From positions 39,869-103,868 of the IMG/VR virus record IMGVR_UViG_3300008050_000024: DNA of 64,000 nucleotides. One strand, written 5' to 3'. This DNA is from a virus. Both the position numbers and the translations under genes were made by a program. Of the stretch, positions 36,502 to 46,656 are shown piece after piece. Each line of letters starts with the position of its first letter. The stretch's first letter is position 1. Under the pieces are notes generated by a model. It was not told the origin of the DNA, ran no database searches, and saw only the letters and a program-made list of their open reading frames with translations.

Positions 36502-37229
36502 GAGAAAAAAGTATTAAGAGATGATAGATTTCCTGTAATAGTGGTCATCGTAGTGTCTATCCCTGTTTGAGTCTTTCCTAAAATAAGAAGTTCATCGTAT
36601 ATTTCATTTGACGTCTTTGATAGATCTTGCAATTCTTTAACCTTAGATGCGATGCCATGAAAATTTGCATTCCGTGGCTGTAACTGTGGAAAAGAGTTTT
36701 GTAAACAATTGACAAGATATGGAGGGTAAGCGGATCCCGTACCGGCGTCTGCTAAGATATTGCCCGCAGTGTTTAACGCCGTAGATACGGAACCTATTTC
36801 CGTCTGAACCTCTAGTACCTTGGTGCTTTTTTCTAAAATGTCCACTTGTAAATTATTGATTTCTGTTGCTAACTGACTAAAAGTAATAACAGCTTCCATC
36901 TGGGATATGTACCCATCTAGGTAGTCTCCTGCTTCCATTTTTGGAAATAAGGACCACATCCCACATGAAGTGCCTGTTATTTGTTGTTCGGTTAAAACGT
37001 CGGTCCCCGCCACAAGAAAAGCTATCATGTCATTAGACGCACTAGTTGCTCCTGCATCTAACACGCTCAGCGTATCTGTTTCGATTGCGGTTGCTTTAGC
37101 TTCAATGTCGTCTACTGCAGCTTCAACAGCTGCATTTCCTGGAGAACCCAATTCTGTAGAAAAATCAGTACGCCAACGGGCTATCTCTACTCGAACCGCT
37201 GCTATTTTATCTTCAATGGCGTAGGGCAT
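36498..37229 (-). CDS. Hypothetical helical virion-associated protein
   Basis: Coupled to the PAAR gene. Confidence 0.55.
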   Translation of the reverse strand: MPYAIEDKIAAVRVEIARWRTDFSTELGSPGNAAVEAAVDDIEAKATAIETDTLSVLDAGATSASNDMIAFLVAGTDVLTEQQITGTSCGMWSLFPKMEAGDYLDGYISQMEAVITFSQLATEINNLQVDILEKSTKVLEVQTEIGSVSTALNTAGNILADAGTGSAYPPYLVNCLQNSFPQLQPRNANFHGIASKVKELQDLSKTSNEIYDELLILGKTQTGIDTTMTTITGNLSSLNTFFS

Positions 37230-37987
37230 TATTTTCCGGGTATCCCCAACTCGTACGATACACCGTCAATGAAAACAGTATTACTTCCTTTTGAGATTGA
37301 ATACCCGCTTTTTTCTTTCTTCGCTGCTTTCAATTCTTTTGCTGTGTAGATGTCGTACTTGGGATTGTCATTTATTTTCTTAGCCGCTTCGTCAGGATCT
37401 ACACCCTCCATGACTAAATCAAAAAAATCACAGGAAAGTAATACGGCTGATCCCCTTCTACGGCCACCTTCTGTTCGTATCCTCAATAAGCCGTCACATA
37501 GAACAGATTTTGTCTCAAACACCTGTCGTATCAAAATACGTATGTGTCCTTTAGGAATGACATTCCGGTTGCTACCGTATCCGTATGAAATGGAAAAGTC
37601 ATAATTATGTGGATTGTACTTAAACCCTTCCGGAACAGTATTCGATTGCTCTTCATCTTCTTTCTGATAAAGTATGGCTCGCTCTAAAAGGGCTACCTCA
37701 TGTTCTTCCCAGACTACATCAAAATCAGGAGAGTCTGAACTGGTGCTTTCGTTTATTTTTAAGAAAGGAACCTTTCCTTCTAAAAATAACTGACGAAACT
37801 TTCTTGCCCGGTAATCATTCCCAAGCTGAGCACGCCTGCCGGCTTTACGGGACTTTACTCTTTTGTCTTTCGATTCCTTTACTTTGCCCTTTGGCATCTC
37901 ATCCGAAATCGGTGGAAAGACCAAGCCTGCGCTGTTTATGTAAGAAATATCCGTGTCCATGCCACTAGAACCCAAAAAACCCCCCAT
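37229..37987 (-). CDS. Hypothetical protein
   Basis: 252-aa ORF with TAATG coupling; start uncertain. Confidence 0.55.
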   Translation of the reverse strand: MGGFLGSSGMDTDISYINSAGLVFPPISDEMPKGKVKESKDKRVKSRKAGRRAQLGNDYRARKFRQLFLEGKVPFLKINESTSSDSPDFDVVWEEHEVALLERAILYQKEDEEQSNTVPEGFKYNPHNYDFSISYGYGSNRNVIPKGHIRILIRQVFETKSVLCDGLLRIRTEGGRRRGSAVLLSCDFFDLVMEGVDPDEAAKKINDNPKYDIYTAKELKAAKKEKSGYSISKGSNTVFIDGVSYELGIPGK

Positions 37988-38026
37988 AAAAGAAAAATAT
38001 GGAGGGTATTAAGAACTTGTTACCAT

Positions 38027-38344
38027 TTATCGTAGAAATTTAATCTTATACCGATCTTCTAGTCTCTTCTTATCAAAACCATTATTTCGATAGATGTCAG
38101 ATGTTATGAATTCTCGGGGAACAGTATCCAAATAATAGTACGAATGTTCTGAATACATTTTACCTTGAGTCAAAAGATTGAGGACTTCGGTATACACCTC
38201 GGTATCCATATCACTTTTATTTTTGCTAAGATAATTGGTTAAGAAAGATATTGCTTTCTTTATTGCTTTTTTGTCCCCGGGATGGATGTCATCTGTCCCT
38301 GTTATGCCTTCTCGCAGTTTCTGTAATTTTTGGATAGCCTTCAT
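38027..38344 (-). CDS. Small hypothetical protein
   Basis: SD AGGAG. Confidence 0.55.
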   Translation of the reverse strand: MKAIQKLQKLREGITGTDDIHPGDKKAIKKAISFLTNYLSKNKSDMDTEVYTEVLNLLTQGKMYSEHSYYYLDTVPREFITSDIYRNNGFDKKRLEDRYKIKFLR

Positions 38345-38345
38345 T

Positions 38346-38888
38346 CTAGCTCCTGGTTATCTTTCCCGTTTCAAACGCCTCATTGACATTTGGTGTATCT
38401 GGATTATCTCCGATAAATTTACCGTTTTCATCTCTAGCTCGCTGATCAGTTTGAAAACATTTACGGACATCTAACAATCGAAGTTCGTCCAAACCAGCAA
38501 CCTCCATAATAGATTCCTCAATGTCATTACTTAATGCCCTTAGAGCATCAATTATTCGAAAACAGTCATGCTTAGAGTTTTCACGCAATAGATTCATTTG
38601 TTTGTACAAAGGGTACACCGTTTCAATCAATTCTGAACATACAGTTTTGCACTCCGCAATCTTACGTGCTTTATGCGCAGTCAAGCGTAGTTTATCAAAC
38701 TTTTTTGCCTCCGAGAGTACCGTCCACTTTTTTTTCTTAATAGACCATTTGCACAAACTTGCCCGATGAGGTAGGGGGTGCTCCTTAATGGGGATATGTG
38801 TTTTGTAGTCAACCAGACTCTCATCCTCTATCGGGACTTTCTGCTCCTGCACAACACCTTTCCAATTAACAATATTGCATAAAATCAT
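38346..38888 (-). CDS. Tail fibre assembly chaperone-like protein
   Basis: Directly downstream of the fibre gene; KWSIKKKKW and YPLYKQMN segments. Confidence 0.55.
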   Translation of the reverse strand: MILCNIVNWKGVVQEQKVPIEDESLVDYKTHIPIKEHPLPHRASLCKWSIKKKKWTVLSEAKKFDKLRLTAHKARKIAECKTVCSELIETVYPLYKQMNLLRENSKHDCFRIIDALRALSNDIEESIMEVAGLDELRLLDVRKCFQTDQRARDENGKFIGDNPDTPNVNEAFETGKITRS

Positions 38889-38900
38889 AAAATTAAACCT

Positions 38901-40718
38901 TTACAAAAATTCAAAAAGCTTATTACTTACATATATATTATTATACCCAGTATACATATTTTCAAAAGGATTTCCATTAGGTGTAGGATTACCACTCGGA
39001 AGTCCTACAGGATCGATATGATATACACTAGCCTTGACCGCGGCTGCCCAAATATTAATATTCGAATCCTCCCGAGGAAACTCTAAAATACCCGTAATAT
39101 CTGTTTCTACCCAAAAACCATTGCTGCCCAAAGCAGAAAAATCAAAAGAAGTAGTAGAAGTCAAAGGAAGGTACACACCATGTCCTGAAAGAAAAACTTC
39201 AGGCAAACTATTAGGAAATCCTGTAGGTGTGGTAGCTAGCGAGTTTTCATGGTTGATTATATGCACCCTTGCCTTCGAAACATTGGCACCGCCACCATCC
39301 ATCCAGTACTGACCTAAAACAACAATAGTTGCTCGAACCGTACGATGGGACGTTCGAGGATGGGTATGGAGGTTATAGTAAGATAGAGCTTCATGCATGT
39401 ATGTGATATATAAATCAATTACAAAGCTCTTGGCACGCGGCGTCACCCCTGTTTCAATCTTAAAAATATCAACAGGAGGGGCATCTACCACAGGAGGAGT
39501 CATGCCACTAACATAGTGTGAAAACATCTTATGATGCCCCATCATACTCATTCCCGCCACAGGAATCGCACCAGTTATCATCCCCAACATTGGAGGCCCC
39601 GTAATATTATCCCGATGAATACTATTACTAGCAGGAATTATAGGGGGTACAGTATTTGGGTAAACGTGAGTCGAATATCCACCTGGGTAATCACGATTAG
39701 ACACGGCATAATCGGTATATCGATTATAATAATCGTCATGTACGTGGACGGGCACTCCTAGCTCGAACGTGCCATCTGTTTTGGTACGAACACCTTGACC
39801 AGACGCATACGAAGTATCCTGAAAAAACCACCATTCACCTACGTTGGTTCCTCCCGTTCTACCATCCCCATTAGAATGCGTGGCCAGTAACATATGACGC
39901 ACTTGAATAGGAGATGGAAAAACCTGCGATGCATCAATCGTTGGATCAATCGATGGATCACCCATAGGAATGTCATACAAAAAAATCCAATCCGATCCCG
40001 GAGGGTTGCCATCATTGGGGGGTGGCGTTGGATTTTCCTTAATCGAATAATACACTGCGGCCACTGATCCATCCGGATCGGTTTGATAATTATGCGGATA
40101 TATATGATGATCTAGCTGAAAACCAGTAAGAGTTACCACTCCCGAAAAATCCGCCTGTATCCAACCCCAATCATCATCGTCTGGAGCCCCTTGATTAGCT
40201 GACCATATTGTGTAAGCCGCAGCACCATATGTAAAACCATCAGACATCCTACCATCATTAACATCAGGGAAACCGGCTTCACTACTAGCAGAATATACAG
40301 CTGGAACAGTACTCGTCGCTGCTGACTGGGGGGCAGGAAGAGCGGGAACCGACGGACCAGAATTATTTACTTCCCATATGATAGGATCTTTGGATGTCAA
40401 TAAATATTGTTTCCAAACGCCCTCACCCGTATTCAGAACATGAACAAGGGTGTTGACTGTTAACGATGCTACAAGCGCATCCCGTTCTACAATTGTATTT
40501 ACCGTTACCAACGAACTTTTTGCGGCGATTTGTTCGTTGTTATGCTTGGTATTCCCCCACAAATCAAACAAGGAATGACAAATCGATGAGAATCCCAGAT
40601 CAGGCGTGTTATTGATAGCCGTCCGATTCGCAAAAATGGAAGTGGTTACTCGGGAACCGTGGGCAACTGCACCTTCTGTCGGATATGTAATTTGAAAATA
40701 ATCTTTAAAGTCGGTCAT
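38901..40718 (-). CDS. Tail fibre / receptor-binding protein with a discoidin (F5/8 type C)-like domain
   Basis: DG..W..WIQADFSGVVTLTGFQL...PIQVRHMLL...VGEWWF. Confidence 0.6.
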   Translation of the reverse strand: MTDFKDYFQITYPTEGAVAHGSRVTTSIFANRTAINNTPDLGFSSICHSLFDLWGNTKHNNEQIAAKSSLVTVNTIVERDALVASLTVNTLVHVLNTGEGVWKQYLLTSKDPIIWEVNNSGPSVPALPAPQSAATSTVPAVYSASSEAGFPDVNDGRMSDGFTYGAAAYTIWSANQGAPDDDDWGWIQADFSGVVTLTGFQLDHHIYPHNYQTDPDGSVAAVYYSIKENPTPPPNDGNPPGSDWIFLYDIPMGDPSIDPTIDASQVFPSPIQVRHMLLATHSNGDGRTGGTNVGEWWFFQDTSYASGQGVRTKTDGTFELGVPVHVHDDYYNRYTDYAVSNRDYPGGYSTHVYPNTVPPIIPASNSIHRDNITGPPMLGMITGAIPVAGMSMMGHHKMFSHYVSGMTPPVVDAPPVDIFKIETGVTPRAKSFVIDLYITYMHEALSYYNLHTHPRTSHRTVRATIVVLGQYWMDGGGANVSKARVHIINHENSLATTPTGFPNSLPEVFLSGHGVYLPLTSTTSFDFSALGSNGFWVETDITGILEFPREDSNINIWAAAVKASVYHIDPVGLPSGNPTPNGNPFENMYTGYNNIYVSNKLFEFL

Positions 40719-40719
40719 G

Positions 40720-41040
40720 CTAACCTCGTCCTACTGTTTTCCAATCAAAGTTTTCTGCAAAATTGTCCAAACATTCGTTCAACCAATTAAGTGTGTTATT
40801 GCATTCCCTTTGCATTCGAATTTGTCTTTGGTCAAAAACTTTTCTTTCATGATAAGATGCAATGCAACTATTTCTAATTCGTCCCAGCTTATCATGGATG
40901 GGAATGGCGGTGGGATTGTAGTCCACTATATACGTACCATCGGGCTGGTAAAATCCCCGACTAAGAGTGCGATCGATTGCTCGTAAAAGTTTAGGGTTAT
41001 TTGTATCTGTTGTACGTTCCGGTCTCATTGTATGTCCCAC
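40720..41040 (-). CDS. Hypothetical protein
   Basis: Between the endolysin and fibre genes. Confidence 0.5.
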   Translation of the reverse strand: MGHTMRPERTTDTNNPKLLRAIDRTLSRGFYQPDGTYIVDYNPTAIPIHDKLGRIRNSCIASYHERKVFDQRQIRMQRECNNTLNWLNECLDNFAENFDWKTVGRG

Positions 41041-41095
41041 TCCGTAATATCCGAAAATTAGACGCTTAAAATAGACGATATCTTGATATTATAGC

Positions 41096-41791
41096 CTATT
41101 CTCGTAACCAATCGGGACAGGGATCAAAGTCATCAGGAGTTTTATACGTTTTTATACCCTCATCCCCCCGGTATTCTTCTATCCGTCTTTCCTGTGCAAA
41201 TTTCATAACACAGTCAAATCGGCGTTGGGTATCCCGCACTCCTTCTGGTTTTGCGTACCAGGGTAGCGTTTTCTTAAACTCCATAAACTGGTGAATAGAA
41301 AAATGTTGAAGGGTTTCTAGCCAATCGTGGCAAGTCCCCTCTACACTGATGTGGAATTGGGTGTGGTAATCGAGTAAAAACAAAAGGTCTAGAGTACGTA
41401 ACTCTAAATGCCCTATGCCCGCCAGATCGTTGATCCGGTAGAGCCCTTTGTCAATGTAAGCCTGACTAGCCTCATCCATAATGCGAAAGGCTAAAGGCGT
41501 CGACATAATACTGTTGACTCGGGCGATAACGGGTAAAAGCTGTTCGTCGTCCCGTGGTAGATTATTGAGGAACTTAATGTCCTGCGGAGTAACGCCACAA
41601 TCCATAAGCATTTCCCGGCCTTGTCTGTTTTTCGAGATGTCAAATTGTACTCGACCAATGGACCAACCAGAATCTCCTATTTTTGCATGGTAGAGTCTGG
41701 TCCACTTTTCTCTGTTGTTTCCCGTTTCACTGAAAGTAACGGCCTCCAGGCATAGCTTTCTAAGGGTTTTTTCTATCTTTAGGTTTCCCAT
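41096..41791 (-). CDS. Putative endolysin (lysozyme/pesticin-like fold)
   Basis: FSE...GDSGWSIGRVQFD resembles lysozyme-like muramidases; no signal peptide; SD AGGAG. Confidence 0.6.
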   Translation of the reverse strand: MGNLKIEKTLRKLCLEAVTFSETGNNREKWTRLYHAKIGDSGWSIGRVQFDISKNRQGREMLMDCGVTPQDIKFLNNLPRDDEQLLPVIARVNSIMSTPLAFRIMDEASQAYIDKGLYRINDLAGIGHLELRTLDLLFLLDYHTQFHISVEGTCHDWLETLQHFSIHQFMEFKKTLPWYAKPEGVRDTQRRFDCVMKFAQERRIEEYRGDEGIKTYKTPDDFDPCPDWLRE

Positions 41792-42710
41792 TGGTTTGCT
41801 CCTGTTTTTGCGTATCTACACTGTTTACCGCCTCGGCAAGAAGAGGCAGGCCTTTCCATAAAAGAATTGATGTTATGAAACAAATCAAAAAAGCAATTAC
41901 AGTAAAGGACTTCCAAGTCAATTTAGCCAAAACCTCAACAAGCCAGAGAAGAACTTTTAACTTCTTCTCCTCGCCCATTGCATGTAATTCGTTAAATCGA
42001 CTTTCTGTTTCTGTTATATTCGGCTGAAGCTCGTCTGTTTTCTTTGTTGTACACAAAGCCGGATCTAATGGACATGCTTCTAGTCGTTTATCCATAAGCA
42101 CAACCGACACTGATTCCATAATGCGTTCTACCGCATTATCTGACCAATCTTGAAGATCATCTTTCGTTACTATTTTTTCTGACATGCCCCGTATGCCTTT
42201 CTTTAAATCCTTTTGTTCATGCAGTACGTGTTCTAATTTGTTTTCTACCGCATTCCAACGGATAATCTTTTCTACATGACGAGCAAACTCACGAGCTTCT
42301 GTCCAGTTTCCAGGAGTCGGTTTACGAAAGATTCCCAAGTCATCGATTCCATGCGTACCGGTGATAGTCTCCGGGGCTATAGACATAATGAGAATGGGGC
42401 ACATGATGCAGGCTTTCCGTAAAGCAAAATAGACATCAACACCTTTCTCACCCCGGGCTAAATTTTGATCAATGATAATAGCATCGTAATTGTTCTCTTC
42501 ATCAATTTCTTTTAGCGCCTGCTTACCACTTAACCAAGGGGTAATATGAACGGTTCGCTGCAAGTGTTCTGATAGAGCGGCTCGAGTGTTATCTAATTCA
42601 AAATCACTATCATCAATAATCCCTATTCGATAAAGACCTGATTTGTGACGAGGCTCTTGCAAACAAATCGGTCCGCCTTTTACTTCTGGAGAAATAGCCA
42701 GTGCGCACAT
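41760..42710 (-). CDS. Receiver (REC) domain plus coiled coil plus C-terminal transmembrane protein, in the holin position
   Basis: IGIIDD (D33/D34), YDAIIID (D81), PILIMS (S110), FRKP (K130); TM FTVIAFLICFITSILLW. Confidence 0.8.
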   Translation of the reverse strand: MCALAISPEVKGGPICLQEPRHKSGLYRIGIIDDSDFELDNTRAALSEHLQRTVHITPWLSGKQALKEIDEENNYDAIIIDQNLARGEKGVDVYFALRKACIMCPILIMSIAPETITGTHGIDDLGIFRKPTPGNWTEAREFARHVEKIIRWNAVENKLEHVLHEQKDLKKGIRGMSEKIVTKDDLQDWSDNAVERIMESVSVVLMDKRLEACPLDPALCTTKKTDELQPNITETESRFNELHAMGEEKKLKVLLWLVEVLAKLTWKSFTVIAFLICFITSILLWKGLPLLAEAVNSVDTQKQEQTNGKPKDRKNP

Positions 42711-42711
42711 A

Positions 42712-43191
42712 TTATGAAAATCCCAACGTAATAATCCAAACTACCCTGTATGATACCGTACTGTTTTTGGTTTGAGCAGGATAAGTTACTCGGGCCAACG
42801 TTCTTCGATGTGTTGCGTTTGTGCATAAAATGCATTCAGTTAATTCTGTAGTACCGGCGCCGTTTCCTTCGGCGTTTGCTAGAACTCCACTAATCTTGAA
42901 TTGACTAACTGTAGGGTTAGTGACAGAAATGCTATCTTTTAAAAAAACAAGATCATCCAATTCTGTATCAGTTTCTACTTCCGCCGTCGTCCCTTTACCA
43001 AAACCAAGGCAAGACACGATATGATCGGCAATATCGACAGGACCATGAATACAATGGACAAGGGATTCTAACAGCCCGTCCACTACGACATTATGATCAT
43101 CGACAACGCAAAACTCAGGGATTCCAACCGATTTTTTAAAAAGTTGAAAATGTCCTTTTCGAGAAATTCTTATTTTATCTTCAAATTCCAT
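42712..43191 (-). CDS. Baseplate / tail-fibre attachment protein
   Basis: HNVVVDG, GFGKGTTA...DTEL, AEGNG...LTEC...ARVT...WII. Confidence 0.6.
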   Translation of the reverse strand: MEFEDKIRISRKGHFQLFKKSVGIPEFCVVDDHNVVVDGLLESLVHCIHGPVDIADHIVSCLGFGKGTTAEVETDTELDDLVFLKDSISVTNPTVSQFKISGVLANAEGNGAGTTELTECILCTNATHRRTLARVTYPAQTKNSTVSYRVVWIITLGFS

Positions 43192-43200
43192 TTCATCCTT

Positions 43201-43536
43201 CTAGAATACATTTAACGTAGCGGAATGTTGAAACAAAAGAGCTTCCAGATTCTGCGCCGATGGATAGAATAGTTTATCGCCGGGCTCTAGGGAAAAAACA
43301 TCAAGAAGCCTGTTGTACTCTTGGACGATCCAGTACATCTCATCGTCCCCGTAGATGTCCTTAACAATAAGGTCAAAGGCGTGGCGGTTTGCCTCGGTAA
43401 CTTCGACGTGCCCCTGAGAGGGTAATGTCTTTAAATCTCGGACAAAAGGAGAATCTAAGGAATCAAAGTCCTTTATAGTGGCATTCCATTTGTAGAACCG
43501 GCCCCGGTCCCATTTTCGGGTAACTTTAGAAGCCAC
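43201..43536 (-). CDS. Baseplate wedge gp53-like (LysM-type) protein
   Basis: FDLIVKDIYGDDEMYWIVQEYN...GDKLFYP; GTG 43536 overlaps the upstream TAG. Confidence 0.7.
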   Translation of the reverse strand: MASKVTRKWDRGRFYKWNATIKDFDSLDSPFVRDLKTLPSQGHVEVTEANRHAFDLIVKDIYGDDEMYWIVQEYNRLLDVFSLEPGDKLFYPSAQNLEALLFQHSATLNVF

Positions 43537-44567
43537 TATACCACCTGATCCTCGTCTGCGCCCCCCCATTTATGGAAGCCCATAATAAATGACCCCCATC
43601 GGGCTTCGGATGTTCTGTACATAGAAAAGTCATCGGATCGTGTGAGCGTCCTGGAATCGGAAAAGGTACGAGTAAAGATCCAGCGGTACACTTGTAGGTA
43701 CCAAGGAAACAGATACTCGCCTACGCTAGTCCAGCGAGCCTGTAGCACGCCTAAATCACCGTTAAATTCATCCGGATCTATATGGATATCGATAAACCCT
43801 CTTAGGCTTTCTACATCCCCTCCAGGCATTAAAGGTAAGAACGCTGCATCATACCAATTTACGATTTTTGTGCTTTCTGGTTTGAGATCGGTATTTATGG
43901 GAGCTCCTCCAGAATACAGCGCATACCAGAGCGCTAAATTCGTACCTCTAATCCGAAGAAAAGTTTTAATAGAGGCTACGATACCCCTTGTAATGTCATC
44001 TATGGCAGCATCGCCTTTTATAGCCGCTACCATATCTGCAATTCCGAGCTGCCCCATAAGTCGTTCTAGGGCGGGGTTTGTATCTTGGTCCCAGAATTTC
44101 AAGGCCTCTTGCAGTTTAGCCTCTCCATATTTTTCTAAAACGTACTGATGCGTTTCTAGGAGTTTGACATTAAGAGGGTACTTGAGCAACACGACCGGAA
44201 AATAATTCTTACCGTTAACAGCCAATAAACGAAGACCAAAAGCAGTAGCTATAATATTCGCCGGATTGTCCATCACTTCGTATTCCGGTGTCAACTGCGT
44301 ATCCCCTATTTTGACGACTAACAAAAGCGAGTCATTCTTAGTAATACGGATATCGACTGTTTTCTGATAAGTACCGTCTGTTGCTGCTCCTAGTCCTAAT
44401 TCGGTTAGAAGAGCTAAGCCTACGGCTGTGGTTAGATTGATCGTCGTTTTGTGCAAGTAAACACTTCGACAAGCCAACCGCAATTCTGTTTCAGAATCAG
44501 AGATGGTACAGGATAGCGTCTCTCCTAAGAATTTTTCAAAGGCATTTAGCCCTACAAGTGTCGCCAT
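43536..44567 (-). CDS. Baseplate wedge protein (gp7/gpI-like)
   Basis: LERLMGQLG...LRIRGT; follows the gp6-like gene. Confidence 0.55.
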   Translation of the reverse strand: MATLVGLNAFEKFLGETLSCTISDSETELRLACRSVYLHKTTINLTTAVGLALLTELGLGAATDGTYQKTVDIRITKNDSLLLVVKIGDTQLTPEYEVMDNPANIIATAFGLRLLAVNGKNYFPVVLLKYPLNVKLLETHQYVLEKYGEAKLQEALKFWDQDTNPALERLMGQLGIADMVAAIKGDAAIDDITRGIVASIKTFLRIRGTNLALWYALYSGGAPINTDLKPESTKIVNWYDAAFLPLMPGGDVESLRGFIDIHIDPDEFNGDLGVLQARWTSVGEYLFPWYLQVYRWIFTRTFSDSRTLTRSDDFSMYRTSEARWGSFIMGFHKWGGADEDQVV

Positions 44568-44568
44568 T

Positions 44569-46305
44569 TTATAAGTATCCCTTATTCAAGGGATCGCTGT
44601 CACCTTTGTATTCTAAGAGCATGGTAGCATCGGTGTAGAATGTGATGCTATCATTTCGCCTCTTAAAGTACTCACCAAAGGCCAATGTCTTATCCTCATA
44701 TGGGTAGTCGATGTACACCCGGGTCACGCCTGTTATGGCTAGTATCGTTTTGTGTAATGACCCTACGAAAAGACTTCCACCTAGTTTAAGGAAAATATCG
44801 TCAATGGCGGCCCGTATGGCTATTAGAATTGTAGCAGAAGCAGAAGAGGTTGTATGAATGACTGTCATACTAAAGTCTACTTCTTTTCGAGTAGGTGCCA
44901 TCAAATTATTTTTTGTAGCAGCCATTGCATGTTTTGCTACAAAGAACCCCTCAAAGGCCTCAGTTTCACTGCCCACACCAGTCGTCAATTGATGCTCAAC
45001 CCCTCCATCGTCCTCAGGATCCATTAAATAGACTATATCAAGTTCACACACCTTGCCCGGTGTTCGTCGTGTCTTAGTATCTTGGAATTGGGCAAATCGA
45101 GCTGTAATGACATCACAGTTCTTTAGAGTAACACCCTGTTTCTGTGAAGCCCAATGCCGGGGGGCCAGGGAAGCTACTTTCTTTGTGGCTTCTTGGTTTG
45201 TTCCCGTGGTAAGCATATCCCCAGCCGCAATGGGTTGGATGTTGGTTATTTTTGCCTGGCTTGATGTGAAGGAAGTGCTCAAGTCAATCACGTTTAGCAC
45301 TTGTCCCGGGGTAGCTAGCGCCTTTACTGTGACTATATGATTTTGTCCCGGTTTAGCCCCCAAGATGCCATCTCCGAATTGAAGACGTACGTCACCATCA
45401 AAATGCGTTGTGACGAGCACTGATGTAGGTGTGATCATTTCTTCAGTATCTTGTATGACTGTTTGAGCTGTTACTGTTGCCCCATCATCGATGTCAATAA
45501 ACACATACTTCAAATTGCCATTTGAATCGATGTCCGAGGAAATTTCAAAGTTAGTAGAATTGAGCAAGTACCATTCAAAATCAACAGAATTCAAAATTGT
45601 CTTGGTATAGGTTTTCCAAGTACCAAGTACGACCGTGACAGCTCGACCTAACGCAGCCAAAACTGACCCCGGGAGCAGCACTTCCGCCGTATCAAAGTCT
45701 TCGTTGATTTCGACCTTGTCAGCAGTAACCGAGAATACGGTATACGTAGCATCGTTTGCTAAAGTATTTGCCCCTGTCAGTTTAATTTCTTGATCAACAC
45801 TCACACCGGCAAAAGGCGAATTTACCAAGTCTTCAAAATAGGCTTTATTGCCTCCAGCAGCTTTTACTAGGTTGGTGTCGACTCCGACAGTCAACGCAGC
45901 ATTCGCTATTGCCTTTTTAATTAAAGTGTTATCATTTATCACAGAAACATCGTAGGTACTAAGCGTAGCTAGTATATCCGTACGATCTAATGTGACATCC
46001 TCAGACACATCCATTCTGATCGAGAATGAGGGGGCAGTTTTACGATGAGGCACATACCCTAAGGCTAAGGCTATCAGGTAGATGCTCGTCTGTAATTGGG
46101 CCTCTGTAATATAGCCTTCTCTTCGCATTGTATCGATACGAGTGTTATACATCGTACCAATACCCGCCATAAACTCCAACATCGTCTGACCTGTACTGGA
46201 TTCGAAAAAATCAATCCAAGAACGGTAATCGTCTAGACCTTGAAGATACGTTTGAAGATCTGCTAATACAGCATCGAAAGATAAGTAACTAGAATTCTGA
46301 ATCAT
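44569..46305 (-). CDS. Baseplate wedge gp6/gpJ-like protein
   Basis: SFDAV..DL, DFFESSTGQTMLE, EGYITEAQ, ALGYVP, FGDGILGAKP, APRHWASQ. Confidence 0.85.
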   Translation of the reverse strand: MIQNSSYLSFDAVLADLQTYLQGLDDYRSWIDFFESSTGQTMLEFMAGIGTMYNTRIDTMRREGYITEAQLQTSIYLIALALGYVPHRKTAPSFSIRMDVSEDVTLDRTDILATLSTYDVSVINDNTLIKKAIANAALTVGVDTNLVKAAGGNKAYFEDLVNSPFAGVSVDQEIKLTGANTLANDATYTVFSVTADKVEINEDFDTAEVLLPGSVLAALGRAVTVVLGTWKTYTKTILNSVDFEWYLLNSTNFEISSDIDSNGNLKYVFIDIDDGATVTAQTVIQDTEEMITPTSVLVTTHFDGDVRLQFGDGILGAKPGQNHIVTVKALATPGQVLNVIDLSTSFTSSQAKITNIQPIAAGDMLTTGTNQEATKKVASLAPRHWASQKQGVTLKNCDVITARFAQFQDTKTRRTPGKVCELDIVYLMDPEDDGGVEHQLTTGVGSETEAFEGFFVAKHAMAATKNNLMAPTRKEVDFSMTVIHTTSSASATILIAIRAAIDDIFLKLGGSLFVGSLHKTILAITGVTRVYIDYPYEDKTLAFGEYFKRRNDSITFYTDATMLLEYKGDSDPLNKGYL

Positions 46306-46323
46306 AATGAATGGGTGTAGGGT

Positions 46324-46656
46324 TTAAATCCCGGCTCGCTTCTTTACCTTGTTTGATTTAGCCAAGGCCTTTTTGATGTGAGCCTTTTGAGTAGCGGACA
46401 TAGGTCCTCTTCTCTTGTGTGGTTTCTTTTTCAGTATCTTGCGATGCTTCTTTTCCTTGGTTAAATCAGTAGAAGAAACATTAACGACTTCGCCGCCTCG
46501 AACCACTCGAACTTCATCCAGTCCTTCTGGGATTTGATCAACAGGGTACACGATGCCTTCTGAATCCCAACAAAGGTCTTCTAGAAGCTGTGCTCCTTCG
46601 GGCAGATACTCTTCGCCCTCTAATGTTGATTGTAACTTCTCACAAAGAGTAGCCAT
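46324..46656 (-). CDS. Prohead core protein-like (gp68-like candidate)
   Basis: Acidic N-terminus, LDEVRVVRGGEV, very basic C-terminus. Confidence 0.5.
   Translation of the reverse strand: MATLCEKLQSTLEGEEYLPEGAQLLEDLCWDSEGIVYPVDQIPEGLDEVRVVRGGEVVNVSSTDLTKEKKHRKILKKKPHKRRGPMSATQKAHIKKALAKSNKVKKRAGI

Noticed and set aside
30566-40718. Diversity-generating retroelement or invertase-driven fibre switching
   Set aside because: No reverse transcriptase, recombinase, adenine-specific TR/VR pair or inverted cassette seen in the window.
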